The translations under genes and the position numbers were made by a program. Shown one piece after another: positions 23,358-35,890 of a DNA stretch of 41,767 bases (positions within the stretch are counted from its first letter, which is position 1; every line of letters starts with the position of its first letter). Source of the DNA: Trichosphaerium sp. ATCC 40318 (taxonomy: Eukaryota; Protista; Tubulinea); the NCBI GenBank assembly GCA_038496445.1, contig JALMLS010000595.1, positions 1 to 41,767 on the forward strand, given 5' to 3'. The notes under the pieces were generated by a model. That model worked only from the letters and a program-made list of their open reading frames with translations, was not told the origin of the DNA and did no database searches.

Positions 23358-24131
23358 TTATCGCTTTCTCATAGGCTCTAATCTATCAAAAATATAACAG
23401 TTTGCCTCGGCTGCAACGATCTCTCTATCTTCATTTTTGCTATTCTTCCTACTATGATAACTTTCTACAAGTCTCTCAACCCTTAACGAGTCTGAAGAGT
23501 CGCTATAAGGCAATGATGATATCAACTCTTGTTCTGTTACTTTATCGACGTTTATCTTTTGTTCGACGCTGTTCTTCGTTATAAGTATCTGTTTGCCATC
23601 CTTGAACTTGGACATAGCTTGTTCTAAGAGCCTATTGATTGGGAGGAAAGGATATTCAAAAATAAACGTAAACATAGCACCGCGAGGGCCAAATGTTGTA
23701 TTATGAAGGGGCATCATTGGATTTGCAGCGTTATGAAACGAATGGTTGTAAAAAGCTACAGAAGGCATTTCTTTTACCGGTAACACTTCCATTGCGCCCA
23801 TTATACGCTGTACGTTCTTCGCTGATATCAAAGAATCATGATTTGGTTCTATGTCTCTGGTATCGTTTACAATATAGTTTGATATCTCGCAACCACTTTG
23901 GTAAAGCTCTTGAGACAATACTACGTCAGCTGAAGCGTTTCCAGAACCTAAACTCAAAATGCGTAGCTTGTTTAGAGTCGTAGGCGGTGCGTTCCTGTTG
24001 ATGTAATCAACTACAACTCCAGCATTACTCGATTTAAGCATGTCAGAACATGTGTTAATCGCTCGAACACCTATCGTTTTCTTACGCGCATAAGTTGTTT
24101 GTTGTGTGGCGAACCGCGTGGCTCTAAACAT
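23358..24131 (-). CDS. Class I SAM-dependent methyltransferase-like protein
   Basis: 257-aa intronless ORF with motif I-like LRILSLGSGNASAD and FYNHSFHN. The Arg/Thr-rich, acid-free N-terminus resembles a mitochondrial presequence. Confidence 0.6.
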   Translation of the reverse strand: MFRATRFATQQTTYARKKTIGVRAINTCSDMLKSSNAGVVVDYINRNAPPTTLNKLRILSLGSGNASADVVLSQELYQSGCEISNYIVNDTRDIEPNHDSLISAKNVQRIMGAMEVLPVKEMPSVAFYNHSFHNAANPMMPLHNTTFGPRGAMFTFIFEYPFLPINRLLEQAMSKFKDGKQILITKNSVEQKINVDKVTEQELISSLPYSDSSDSLRVERLVESYHSRKNSKNEDREIVAAEANCYIFDRLEPMRKR

Positions 24132-24504
24132 TGTGCTCGAACAAAATGAATGACAGAACAGTTTTGACTACAGGACTAGAGTATTAACGCGCGTGTGGAA
24201 CTCATGATACATCTTTATAACTGTACACGGCTAAAGAAAAACCACATCAAATGGAAAAAGGAGCTACAAGACAATCCTGACTGTAATTAATGTCTACGTA
24301 GCTATTACAACTGTTTTTTGCCAAAATAACACTGTTTAAATAAAAAGTGATGCGCTTTCGCGTAAGAACGATAGACATTGATTTTTGTTATACGTAAAAG
24401 CCAACTACACCACGTAATCTCTACTTCTATAAATGGGAATTATTGACAAAGTCTGACTTTCTTTTTTGCTCGGCTTTCATTTTACTGAATTCGGAATCAT
24501 AAGT

Positions 24505-26581
24505 ATGGCATCTCATAGAGCATCTGAAACCATAAATAAGCCACCAGAAGCAAAAAGAGTTCCTCCAGGCACGCTGATTTTTTTGTAGTAACAAAAGCGT
24601 GTAAGAGCGATCTAATTAACAAGTAAACTCTATACCTTTCGTATTTATAAGGTTTAAAACATTAAAAACATTATTAATGCTAATTGAGTAGATGAACTGT
24701 TAAAATGGACTCTTGTTACCCTACCAAATGAAATGGTGCTTGAAATTTACTACCACCTTGATCTTTCCGATGTAAGCAGCATTGGAACTGCTAATAAGCA
24801 TCTAAGAAGCATTGTACAAGGTCATAGGGCTGCTAAAGTGCGTTTGAAACATTTTCTGATAAACGCGACTTCCGTAATTCCAAAATACGCGTATCCATTC
24901 TACAATCAAACTATAACTAGTTGTATAGCGAAACAAAATAGTCAGAGTGTTAACAAATGTGCACCTCCGTTTTTCTGAATGAATCAAAGTTTTTTTTTCC
25001 GTTTTTTTACGATTCATTGTGCAGTTTTTGTTTTGTTTGAATTTCCATTCTGATGATTGTATTAGCAATGTTTGCATGTGTTTAATGTTGATATGATAGT
25101 ACCTGATACAGGTATTACTGCTGGAATTATATTTAACTCCAAAGGACACGTGCGTAATCGCTAGAGTTTTTTTATTTTTAGTGCTTTTTTTTTTTCATAA
25201 GATCTTTTTTTGGCGTTTTATTTTTGCTATTTTCTACGTATGTCTTTGGATTTACTGAAAGAATGTTACGAAAAGAATACCATACGTATTTTTAGGTTAT
25301 TAATAAACTAAAAGCAAAAAACTCAAAGGCGTATGATCGCCGGTTTTAGGCTCAAAAGTTCAGAATTTTTTATGAAAATTGTGTTCTTCTTTCCTCCTTC
25401 TTCTTACCCTCTTTCGTTTAGCTTATATTTACTGACTTTGGAAGACACAGTATATGTTCTTTTGATATGGATACACGCACTCTTAAAAAGCTTATACCCT
25501 GTGGAGATCAACCCGAAGAAGAAAATGAAGAAGACTTGAAACCACAAACTGGCGATTGTCCATTAGAAAAAGCAAAAGTGAAAAGTCCTCATAGCCTAGC
25601 TCTTGACAAGCATGATAATATAATATTTTCAGATGCTTATAATCACGTGGTACGTAGAATAAACGTAACATTAAATATTGTGGAGACATTGGCTGGACAG
25701 TCTGGATTGTTTGGATACACAAATGGTAGTAAGGCCAAAGCAACTTTTTATTATCCTTTCGGGATTGTCTATAATGATGATGGTACTATACTTGTTTGTG
25801 ACGATTGGAATCATTGTGTAAGAATAGTAGAACCTTGTGGGGATGTTAAAACTCTTGGTACGTCTTGCATTCGAAAAGAAACAAAAACCCAACCAAAAAA
25901 AAAAAATGCGAACAACTTTTTCCTGTTTTTTTCTCATCAAAGTAATGCTCTTTACTATCGAAAACAAGTATTATACATCCCTTTTATACGCCCTTAAATC
26001 GAAAGGATATCCACAAACGCTTTACAAATAGTAAGCGTACAAGAAAACGAAACGTTTCGACATGTTTTTTTTTGTGTATTTACTGCTTGGTCTGGTCGTA
26101 CTAATTGTTCTCCTTTACAGTCGGATCTCCGGCTCATATGCAATATAAAGACGGACCTATTAAAGAAGCACATATGGTATATCCAGGTTATATATGTAAA
26201 AATGATAAAACAGGAGAGTTATACATTGCAAGTGAACATGGTATTAGAGTAATTAAAAAAAATATTGTTTCAACAATTTGGGCGCATGCTTCGAATGTAC
26301 AGACGAATTATTTAAGAATATCTGGTATAGCTATTGATAGATATGGTGACTTATACTTTTCTCTTGCTGAGAGTAAGAGTGATGACAGGACAACCGAGAT
26401 ACATAAATCTGAAGGTATTTATAAAATATTTTTATCAATGGAAAAAAGACATGTTGTTAAGTTACGGTTAAATGTTGTTTTGGATAACATTTTTGCTTTA
26501 AAGTATTATAAAGGATCTATATATTTTAAAGGAACAACAAGAGAAAATGAGCAAAATATATACAAGATGCAGTGTTTGTAA
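24505..26581 (+). CDS. F-box-like + NHL-repeat (beta-propeller) protein; multi-exon, linkage of the two parts inferred
   Basis: F-box-like LVTLPNEMVLEIYYHLDLSDVSSIGTANKHL at ~24710. NHL repeats SPHSLALDKHDNIIFSDAYNHVVRRI and FYYPFGIVYNDDGTILVCDDWNHCVRIV at 25560-25858. Last exon runs ~26121-26581. Confidence 0.65.
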
Positions 26582-26764
26582 AAAGTCATGTTTTTCAAAA
26601 AAAAAGAAAACAAATAAAACAAACCAAATATGTTACTATTTGTATCTACGTGTATAGTTGACTCTAGCGTAATTTTTTTTTCAAGGAAGTGAACCTTTCA
26701 AGCGTGTGAATGTTGACCAAACTATGAAGTGAGGTGATCTGAAGCGCAGATTTCAGATAAGGAT

Positions 26765-27636
26765 TCATAAAAATACCAAAGTCATAACAAGAAGTAATGT
26801 AGTGTACACGGTGAGTCTGCGACTGCTACTCTTGAAAACATCGATGTCAAGAGTGCTCAGTAGCAATTTGATGATCTAGTTTGCTCAAGACACTGATTTG
26901 TACCCAAGAAAACCATTGGATCACCTTCGTCACATCCTTTTAGTTGTGATATCTGTATTGAAGCTGCCTATAAATACATTGAGTGATTAATTTGATCACG
27001 TGACAATTAATTCAGGTATGGTACCTCAACAGATGTTGTATCAATGTTAAACTCACCAATGATACATGAACTCACATTAAATATTGTATTGGTTTTTCTT
27101 AATTGAAGTGTTGTGTTACTGAACAGTGCCAAACCTTGAAAAGAATCAGTGCGAGTGTAAACATGAAATAACTTACCATCAATAATAAGATCCGAGTCTA
27201 TTACAACTACACTATCAGTAGGCATAAAAGACCCTACAAAAAACCAGTTACTGACGGACAAATCACTTATCTCAGCATACCCTTGGGTATTTCAATCTCG
27301 CAAATAAAGAACTCGCCCCGATAGCAATGTACATCAGCCCATATACTTGGCCTACTATCGCACATAATAATACAATTTTCTTTGATAGCGGGCTGTTTAT
27401 ATCATGAGGCTCATCTGAGCCCCAAGGGTGTTTCTTAAATTCATCACCAAAATCATGTGGTTCATTTGTTACTGCCTAAGTGTATTTTGGATTAAATTGA
27501 CTTGTGATTTAAGGGGCCCTTTAGACTTAATAGTTTGTGAGAGTACCCATTGAAAGTCAAAGTGATCGTTTCTATATCCACTTGTCAATCCAGTCCATGT
27601 ACAATTTTGTACAAGTGTTTCATCTGGTGGTATCAT
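26765..27636 (-). pseudogene. 5'-truncated lectin-family pseudogene (copy 7), inverted near-duplicate of the 3' half of copy 6
   Basis: Exons and introns are nearly identical to ~21935-22700. It lacks the 5' exons and has an apparent frameshift between EPHDINSP and IKENC. Confidence 0.8.
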
Positions 27637-27789
27637 AATAAATCAGTTAGCAGATACACTTTTTCCGTTACTTTTGGTTTCAGGCAGAATTGACACGTCA
27701 GCTAAATTTTTTTATCGTAGCTCATGTTTCAGCACACATCTGAAGATTGTGTCGTCTTAACTGATCCAATAATTTAGAAACAGTCCTGG

Positions 27790-27874
27790 TTGCGATATTC
27801 AAGCAATCCATCTGAATTTGCTATTTCGCAGTGGCCCACATTATGCCGAAATGCGAACACAATGTAAAATCCTT
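27790..27874 (+). repeat. ~85-bp dispersed repeat (copy A)
   Basis: ttgcgatattcaagca...ggcccacattatgcc.aaatgcgaacacaa.gtaaaatcctt also occurs at 30007-30091. Confidence 0.8.
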
Positions 27875-28236
27875 AGATCACGAGGCTCAAGATTGGCTCA
27901 AATTGTCAAAAAATCCGTCACCACCAACACAATTTAGATACAATGCTATATCTTATTCTTTAATAGACTTACCGAGAGGTATACATAAGTTGTACGGATG
28001 TACAAGCACGTGTGCTGGAGAAACTTTTATTTCAACAAACCAAGGTGTTTTCATTTATGTTGATGGAAAGAACACGCTAGGGAAGTTAAAGATACAAGTG
28101 GATGGTCATGTCGGAGCTATTTGGTTAAGTGAATGTATAATGTATGGTGTAGTGGAGAAGAATAACATTGATGGGAATAATGTAAGTTTATTTAAACTTG
28201 ACTTGTAAGTCTACAATTGCGTTTTTTTTTTCAAAA

Positions 28237-29613
28237 TCACTTTATTGCTTCTTGTCTTCTTTCCCACCATGACTTACGTGGTTCATCATGGCGAGATTTT
28301 TTACGCCACCAGTACTTGTTTTCTCCTTCTCCGCAGAAAGATTCAAAGTAGGTTCTGTGCAGTTCAGTGTACAAGTGTTTGAAAGCGTCCATCCTTACTT
28401 CCTGTGTTGTATTATTAATATATTGTTTAGACACAAAATGTGATTACACTTACTGGAATATAAGCAGCAGTACGATCGCAGATATACATAAACTGAGGTT
28501 GTGTTTGCGTGACGTGTAAATCAGCAAGCATAACAGCAGTGCCAACATCTTCAAAGTAATTTAATTTTGCTCTTTTTTCTATTGGCTATTTTGTTCATAG
28601 TAAGTTTTACCTCAATGTTGTTTCTAAGCAATGCTGATTTTGTACGCACAAGCATCCAGTAGCTATTATACATATGTAATGCAAGATCATGTGATAAGAT
28701 ATAAGCTCCACCAATAGCGTACTGCAGAGGAAGATATTTTTGTGGTACAATAGAAGTTGAATCGTTGTATATTGCTGTCCGCCCGTAGTACACTCGCCTC
28801 TTTGGGAAGTACTTTGAATACTCTAAAATTTTGTTGGGAAGGATCCATGTCATCATCACCTTTGAAAGTGTTAGATCAGATTGCTACTAGCAATTGTTTT
28901 TTTATAAATGTTGAATGTTCAATATGTGAATGTACATTTTAGGATGTAGTCAAAGTTGTAAGTCTCAATCGCGTATTTGATAAACAACATTGTCTTCATT
29001 GATAGGTCCTCGTATTTATCTTTCATTGGAAGTAGTTTAATGTCTCCATACGTATCGTTCTCTATCAATATTAGATGGCCAAAACAAAAAATTAAAAAAA
29101 TGGATTCCTTGCGAACAAGATTGTACCTCTTTTAAGTTCCTTCATAATATCATCACCTTTACAATCAATAAGTCATAAAAGTGCTTTAAAATTAACAGGC
29201 ATACGTATATGTTTACCGCCCATTATCCAATACGCTTCGTACTCCGTACCTCGTGTATCTTTAGGGAATCTACCATAAAACGTTAGTCCTTTAGACAAAA
29301 TCTATTTTTAGTTGTACAAGTTCCACCACGTGTTTCTTACAGGTCTCCGTCTACGTATGTATTGTGGTGATGAAAACACTCCAAAAATTATTTTCCTGTG
29401 CGGTACCGATTTGTTTCTTAGTTTAGCAACGTGTGGAACTATTTTATCAACAAATTTTGGCATATCTGAGACTTTTGAGACTTCCGAGGGTTCCAGAAGG
29501 CTGTTTTGCTCGATTTGATTTTTCGGCTTTGTAGTCATAATATTTACGAGAACCAAGATTAATATAACATTGTAGAACAAAAGCCAATATGATTTCCAGA
29601 GTATCATTTGCAT
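28237..29613 (-). CDS. GT31-family beta-1,3-galactosyltransferase-like gene (multi-exon; possible frameshift)
   Basis: N-terminal TM segment, IIFGVFSSPQYIRRRRPVRNTWW, KCDDD, YYGR, YAIGGAYILSHDLA and spliced E-DVGTAVML motifs. Confidence 0.8.
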
Positions 29614-29888
29614 GACCTTACGTCAAGGAATCTTGACAATTTATGACCATGATACTGATTGTTGAAAGATTATCTGAGATGTATCTCGTTCTATCACTAA
29701 GGGCAATGACCTACAAGTGTTATGTGGTTATGACGGATCCGGTCGTAATAGCTTGTTGGTGTAACAAAAGCTAGCGAGATGACGCGAGGAATAGCTTTAT
29801 TGAATATTTGAAGTTTTCACGTGCTCAAATACTTTGTTATTACATCGCTATCTTGCGCTTGTGACTAAGTTTTGTAACTCCATCTGTT

Positions 29889-29960
29889 GTTTCGCCAGTC
29901 ATTTTTTTCGCTGACAGTGCTCTGCAATTCATTTAAAGTGCTTTCAGGGGAAAAATACAA
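29889..29960. mobile_element. Degenerate relative of the 7671-7829 MITE
   Basis: tttcgccagtcatttttttcg..agtgctc...taaagtgcttt cag..gaaaaata aligns with the internal part of that MITE. Confidence 0.45.
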
Positions 29961-30006
29961 CTATTCTGTTACAGTTGGTATACTCTAACTTTTGAGTAGT
30001 CTCATA

Positions 30007-30091
30007 TTGCGATATTCAAGCAGTCTATCTGCAGTTACTATTTCGTAGTGGGCCCACATTATGCCCAAATGCGAACACAAGTAAAATCCTT
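30007..30091 (+). repeat. ~85-bp dispersed repeat (copy B)
   Basis: Direct repeat of 27790-27874. Confidence 0.8.
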
Positions 30092-31009
30092 GTCAATTCC
30101 TCCTTAAAAACAATTCCGATTTATTGTTAGATGAGAGAAGTAAGAAAATTCTCCTTTACAACCAAATGTAGCGCTATGTACTTAGCATGTTACTTAATAC
30201 ATGGTTTAGTTTCCATACCTAACCTTCGTACCCTTACAATGTTGTTGTATTCTATTGTTGCTATTACCTTTCTTTGAATACATTCTACTTTTGTTCGTGT
30301 TCTCATGTGGCATCATCAATACTTGGAACATGTGAATTGTATTTGGATTCAAGAATATTGAATTATCTATTGCATTCTTTTATGTTGTTTCCAAAGAAAG
30401 ACATGACCTGTTGATGTCATTGCTCCAATTACAAACTCATTCTCAATAGTATGAATTTTCTTCGTATCAGACTTATATGTACTTGTGCTCACAACGTCAA
30501 GAGTACGTATTTTCGCTTAGATTCAACTGTTGTGGATCCTTTGGGTTATTATTAAAGACAAGTATGCCCACAGTTTCGCTTCAGGACTCAATAACATCAA
30601 GTCTCTCCGACAAAACAAATACCTGTTCATAACATTGAAACCGATAGGGTGTCAGTATTGACAAGGTTGGGTATTTCAAGCGAAAGAGCAGAACAGCTTG
30701 GATCATTGATGAATGAACTCGGTATCCAGCTGAAAGACATTAATCAAGATGTGTTGAAACACTTGGGTTCAGCCTGATAGAACGTATCAAGGTGAAAAGC
30801 AAAAAGAACTCCTTTACTTATGATAGTAAATAACTAAACTGGTTTGTAACAGCATAGGAAAACATGCTTGATTAGATCCAAGTCAAACAAAGGCTTTGAT
30901 TGAACACGTGGTTTCTTCGAATTATAACTGGCGCCAAGTTTTCTGAAAACTATTCTTCAACGAAAATTCGTATCAAGTATAACAACTGTTCTCGTTTTGT
31001 CTTCTATCT

Positions 31010-31643
31010 ATGGCATCAAAAGGTGTTTTTCAACTGAAGGATACTTTACAAATCAAGGTATGCCGTTGCTATTAGTAGTTTTACTTACAACTTTAAACAG
31101 GTGAAACATTTATTAGACCTTCCTGTAGAGTTACATCTTTATATTATGGATATAGACTTTGAAGTGTATGTAAAGTGGCCTGGTTTATCTAAATACACAG
31201 CAATAAATACAAGATTTGATTCAGACATGAAAAAACAAGGTAGATGGTTAAGAAAGCGATGGGTTGTGGCTACATCAAACATGTTACTATCACAAAGTGT
31301 ACTTCAAACTACATTTGATGAAAATAGAAAGAATGGCGAAGAGAAGGAGTGGTACGAAACTGGACAACTCAAAAGACAAACTACATTTGTTGATGATAAA
31401 AGAAATGGAGAATCAAAGAAGTGGTATGAAAATGGACTACTGGCTGAACAATTCTTCTTTGTAAACGATAAACAAGAAGGAGAACAAAAGATATGGTTTG
31501 AAAATGGCCACTTGAAGACACAATCAAATTACGTCCATGGTAGACAACATGGGGAATACAAGTGTTGGTACATAGATGGCACGATGTCTCAATGGGGATA
31601 CTACATATCAATATTCAGTCAAAATGAAGAACAAACAGAATAA
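31010..31643 (+). CDS. F-box-like + MORN-variant repeat protein (exons 31010-31057, 31101-31643)
   Basis: MASKGVFQLKDTLQIK, intron gtatgc..aaacag, then VKHLLDLPVELHLYI..TRFD and 24-aa repeats (GE.K.WYENG.L). Confidence 0.8.
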
Positions 31644-31939
31644 CACCGTCTGGTGTCAGCAAATAGCTACACTCTCCGAAGTCTGTGTAATGGGCAGTAC
31701 AACATCTTTGACTTACAGCTTCTGTAATAAATACTGCTTGAGACATACAAATAAAGTTGTGATCAAAGTAGTGTGAAGCAAGATTCCGTCGAAAGCTAGC
31801 TATTTTACTAACATTAGCTTGATGCCAAAAGGCATGTACTTAGCCTGAGAAAACACATCCACAAACACAGAATAAAATTGAGAAAAAGTAAATATCACGT
31901 TTGTGAACAATTAACTTGAATGAAGTTTATTGACAAAGA

Positions 31940-33360
31940 TCAGAATGTAATAGTCGCTGCATCAACAAGAGAGCAAACCTTCGCACTAGACGATCCAGGT
32001 ACTGTTACAGCAACACCACTGGTATAAGGATTAACAGCAGACCACTAAATACAAACGTCAGTACAAAAAAAAGGTTTAAACCCAAAATAAACTATAAAAG
32101 AGCGAAGACTACGTACGTATTTAACTCCTCTTGGAAATCCTGTTGCTTTACAAGAAAACACTGCTTGGTTCACAGGTGTAACTGAACTATCTTTGAAGTT
32201 TGAATGAGGATTGATACAATTATCGAGATATTCAGAAAGTAGCTTTGTTATGGCAATATTATTCGTCACTTGAGATATCTGCCAGTTAAACCATGTGTAA
32301 CCAGGTTCATTACATGCGTCTACTACCATACCAGCTCCAACAGAGTTGAGGTAATCAGCTATTAAGAATAAAATCAGAAAAAATGGCGAAATCAAGTGAA
32401 ATGTGTTGGTGAGCACGTGCCTATGAACTCAATAAAGGCTTCTGACTGAGGACTTTGGTTGTTGTACGCTGTCGTGACAAGTGCTTCTAGATCTTTGAAG
32501 GCCTGAGAGTTGGTATCGTTGATGACTGTTGGAAGTCGTTTAACACTCCAGTATGTTCTTGTGTAGTTCCACAACCCGTTCTTTAAGCCAATATAAGCAT
32601 CATTGTATGACTGCTCCTTGACGACCAAGAACTGCTTCCATTCTAAATTCTCACAGTAGTGATTATTTTGGGTGTTTGTAGAGAACTTTAAGGTGCTGCT
32701 CGCGACATTGAGTGCATCTACAATTAGTGGCCCGACATCTGGTAGCGCTGATATGATTTTAGTGAAGATTCCAAACAAAATTTTTCCGATTCTGTATTCG
32801 CTGTATGAATGACCAATACTGAGTTTACCCGCTGACGCACATTCCTAGTCCTAGCTAGCTTGTAATTTTAGGAAGGCATGTAACTAAGTTCTGTACAAGC
32901 CAAACAAACCTTACTTTATTCCGGTGGTGTTCAAGTTTGTACCACTCGAGTGGATTTTGGTAACTAGTCACATATTAACCTGTGCTGCCACACCCACCAA
33001 TGGATGACATTTTGTGAGCGAAGGTCGGGGTCTTGTCCCGAGCAAAGCGATGGGCCGACCGAAAGCGAACAGTGCTCTATATTAGCTTGCATTCGCTGGC
33101 CCATACTCGAATAGTGTTAAACCAAACTGGGAATACTAAGAATCCACTTGAGTGCAGCAGAAAACGTTGAGAGCGTTTTATGTCCGGAAAATGACGAGGC
33201 TTGAATGACTGAGACCAGCAGTTTCAAGAATTCCCTCTCCTGTAACACATTCTCCCTTCCTTAATAAAATTCACGTCAATTCCTTAAGACCCGCCACTGC
33301 CACTGTGCTCCCCATCTCCTTTCTTTGTGCTTTGGGGTAAAGCACTCTGGCGTACTGTCT
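31940..33360 (-). CDS. Multi-exon gene of unknown function (5' end uncertain)
   Basis: Open coding-like segments at 32045-32778 are bounded by GT-AG sites. The last exon WSAVNPYTSGVAVTVPGSSSAKVCSLVDAATITF* is followed by AATAAA. Confidence 0.5.
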
Positions 33361-34817
33361 GAGGTTTTGTACCTTTACAGCCAAACCAGTGTTATTGAAC
33401 TACTCAAAAAATATATCAGTTGTGTCACACGTTCTAATCATTTGCTGTAGCGACTGTTAACCAAGCTGTTTTAGGTGCAAGGTGCGCTATCTAGACGTTC
33501 AAAAAAAAGATAGTTTTATTTAAACGTACAGATGTTGTTCAGGTACAAATGCATTTTTTTTGGCTTTTACGTCGCATTATTTATCTCTGTCTACCCCTCC
33601 TGGTAATCCATATATCTATATTTTTAACGGGCTAAACAAACCATCACGTGATATGTTAGGAAGCTATGAAGAGAAGAGTCATAGCTAGCAAAAAAAAATG
33701 GAAAAAAAAAGCTATCAGTTTTCAATGAAAATGTGTGCTAAGAACTTTTCGGATAAGCACCTTGTCACGTGGTCGGACATTCTTTGAAAGTTAACAACAG
33801 TTTCTCAAGTGTTAAACCCACAATTTTTTTCTTGACGGATTGTGAGTGTATAAATATAAACAATCAAAACTTTTATAACAGGAAAGTAAGGTAGTCTGAC
33901 TACCATACAACAATTCCTCAGGAGTCCTACCTCTTGTACAACGTAGGACCCTCGCCGCACTAATGAATGGACAATTAGTAGGCACACCAAATCCCCTTTT
34001 GCAACCCTAGGACACCTTTGTTATTTGATAAGGTGCAGAGTTGAAACCCGTTTTGTTTGATTTAGAAGGACGTTGTCGTACGTGATTACCGTTAAGCTAG
34101 TAGCTCCAATACATAACAAAGTAAAATATCGCACAGGCTTCTTAAGCATCATGTAGGTGTTGCGTATGAAGGCGCAAGCAAATCCACAAATTCTATTTAT
34201 TGCAACAAGTTCACATTCTTTTTTTGCGCAAATCTAATTGGGCTCTAATCACCTTATCTGCTTCAAAAATGTTACGTTACACAACACGCAGTAGTATTAG
34301 AGCGGTTAGTAGTAGAACCTTTACTGTTTATTCTTTTATCAAGCGAGACTGTTGTTCTTAGCTCCTATACAAACTATCACCTATTTAATAGCGTCAAAGG
34401 TACTTTAAACAAGTATCGGTTGAAAAAAACGTGATCTGCCGGTTTGGGTTTGAAGCGTCATAAAAAACCCTCTACTCACTCGTGTTCGTATTATTACACG
34501 TGTTGCTTATTGTATTACAGTGATTCCGCTCCAAAAACGTATCACACGTTCATTTTCAAACTTGAGCTTCGCACAACCTTAAAAAGCTCGATAAACGTAT
34601 ATCTTCGCATTTTATTCGTATTAACCGGTTATTTGACTGATTTGGTAAGCAAGTTTCGCATTCGTAATGGCTTCTCAACGAAGTCGAAGTGTACAGATAG
34701 CTGAATAAACTGAAATACACTTCCTACGAATCTTAGCTACGATTTCGGACTGCAAATAAGCATCTCAGGTATTTTTAGCGGCTGGGGTATAAATAGAACA
34801 CTTATGCTAAAATATTT

Positions 34818-34891
34818 GTTCACGTAGCTCAGATGGTAAGAGCGTTTTACCTTTAACGAAAAGGTCCGTGGTTCGATTCCACGCGTGTTCA
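34818..34891 (+). tRNA. Aberrant tRNA or tRNA pseudogene (best fit Lys-UUU)
   Basis: A box TAGCTCAGATGG, D stem GCTC/GAGC, T arm CGTGG-TTCGATT-CCACG, TATAAATA at -30 and a T7 terminator. Mismatches at acceptor pairs 2 and 3 and in the anticodon arm. Confidence 0.75.
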
Positions 34892-35144
34892 TGTTTTTTT
34901 AACAAGAGGAAGTGTTGATGGTGCTTTACACAACCACAAGCATCCAACTGTAGTGGAGGCGCTTTTGCTGATTATACTCGGGTGACTCAGGCTGCATTCA
35001 ACCCACCTCAAGGCGGCACCTCGGGCTCGGTGTAAGTCCTTTGACTTACTTGAGGGCTAACTGACAGTATGAAGATTTTATCTTACCTACAAAACAAACA
35101 GCCGCCTAAGAAAAATGTACAGAGGAGATTTCAAACTACAAGGT

Positions 35145-35890
35145 CTATTGTTGACTCAAGGTATCATTAAAGTAGTATAGCTTGCTCCGCAATTGCCCAT
35201 TGAAACTCCAACGCTTGCACTCACCTTCTTTTTTACCATTCACAAAATAGCATTGGTCTCTCAATTGGCCATTTGCATGCCAACGCTTGCTCACTCCTTC
35301 TATTTTACCATTGATATAAAATACCTTCTTCTTCAGTTGACCATCAGTATGCCACTCTTTGCACTCTCCTTCTAGTACACCATTGGAATAATTGCGGTCC
35401 ATAGATACTTGACCATTCCTATAGAACTGCTTGTACTCTTTGTCTTTTTTACCATCTATGTAATTTAGCTGTACCCTCAATGTACCATTAGAATAGTACC
35501 TCTTGATCTCTCCTTGTCGTTTACCATTCACAAAATACCTTTGAGATGAAACTTGGCCGTTATCATACCAACTCTTTGAATTTCCATGACGTAGACCGTT
35601 TTTGAAAAACACGTGCCATAACACATTTTGGTTTTTAAATACTGTTTTTTTTATCCATTTCCCATGTTTATTCAACTCGTTGTCAAACCTTGTTGTTGTT
35701 GCTGTGTATTTTGATAACAACGACCACTTTTGATAAACTTCAAAGCTTAAATCAATGATTTCACAATGTAATTCCAACGGAAGACACAATAGAACGCATT
35801 TCTCTGATAGTAACTAATTTTTATTGTTATTAGCCGTAGTATGCCATCTTTATACCGTACGCTGTATGTTAATGTACTTTTAGATGTCAT
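35145..35890 (-). CDS. F-box-like + MORN-variant repeat protein, close paralogue of 12213-13175
   Basis: MTSKSTLTYS, intron, then LLSEKCVLLCLPLELHCEII. Identical N-terminal block to the paralogue but fewer repeats. Confidence 0.85.

Noticed and set aside
14274-27636. Diversity-generating retroelement (RT next to variable C-type lectin genes)
   Set aside because: The RT is a standard Gypsy pol within LTRs. Paralogue differences are not adenine-specific, and no TR/VR pair or accessory gene is evident.
30300-30830. Possible degraded coding region
   Set aside because: Only short frames interrupted by stops, with no recognisable motif.
34818-34891. tRNA acting as suppressor for the integrase TGA
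   Set aside because: Neither possible anticodon (UUU or UUA) reads UGA.
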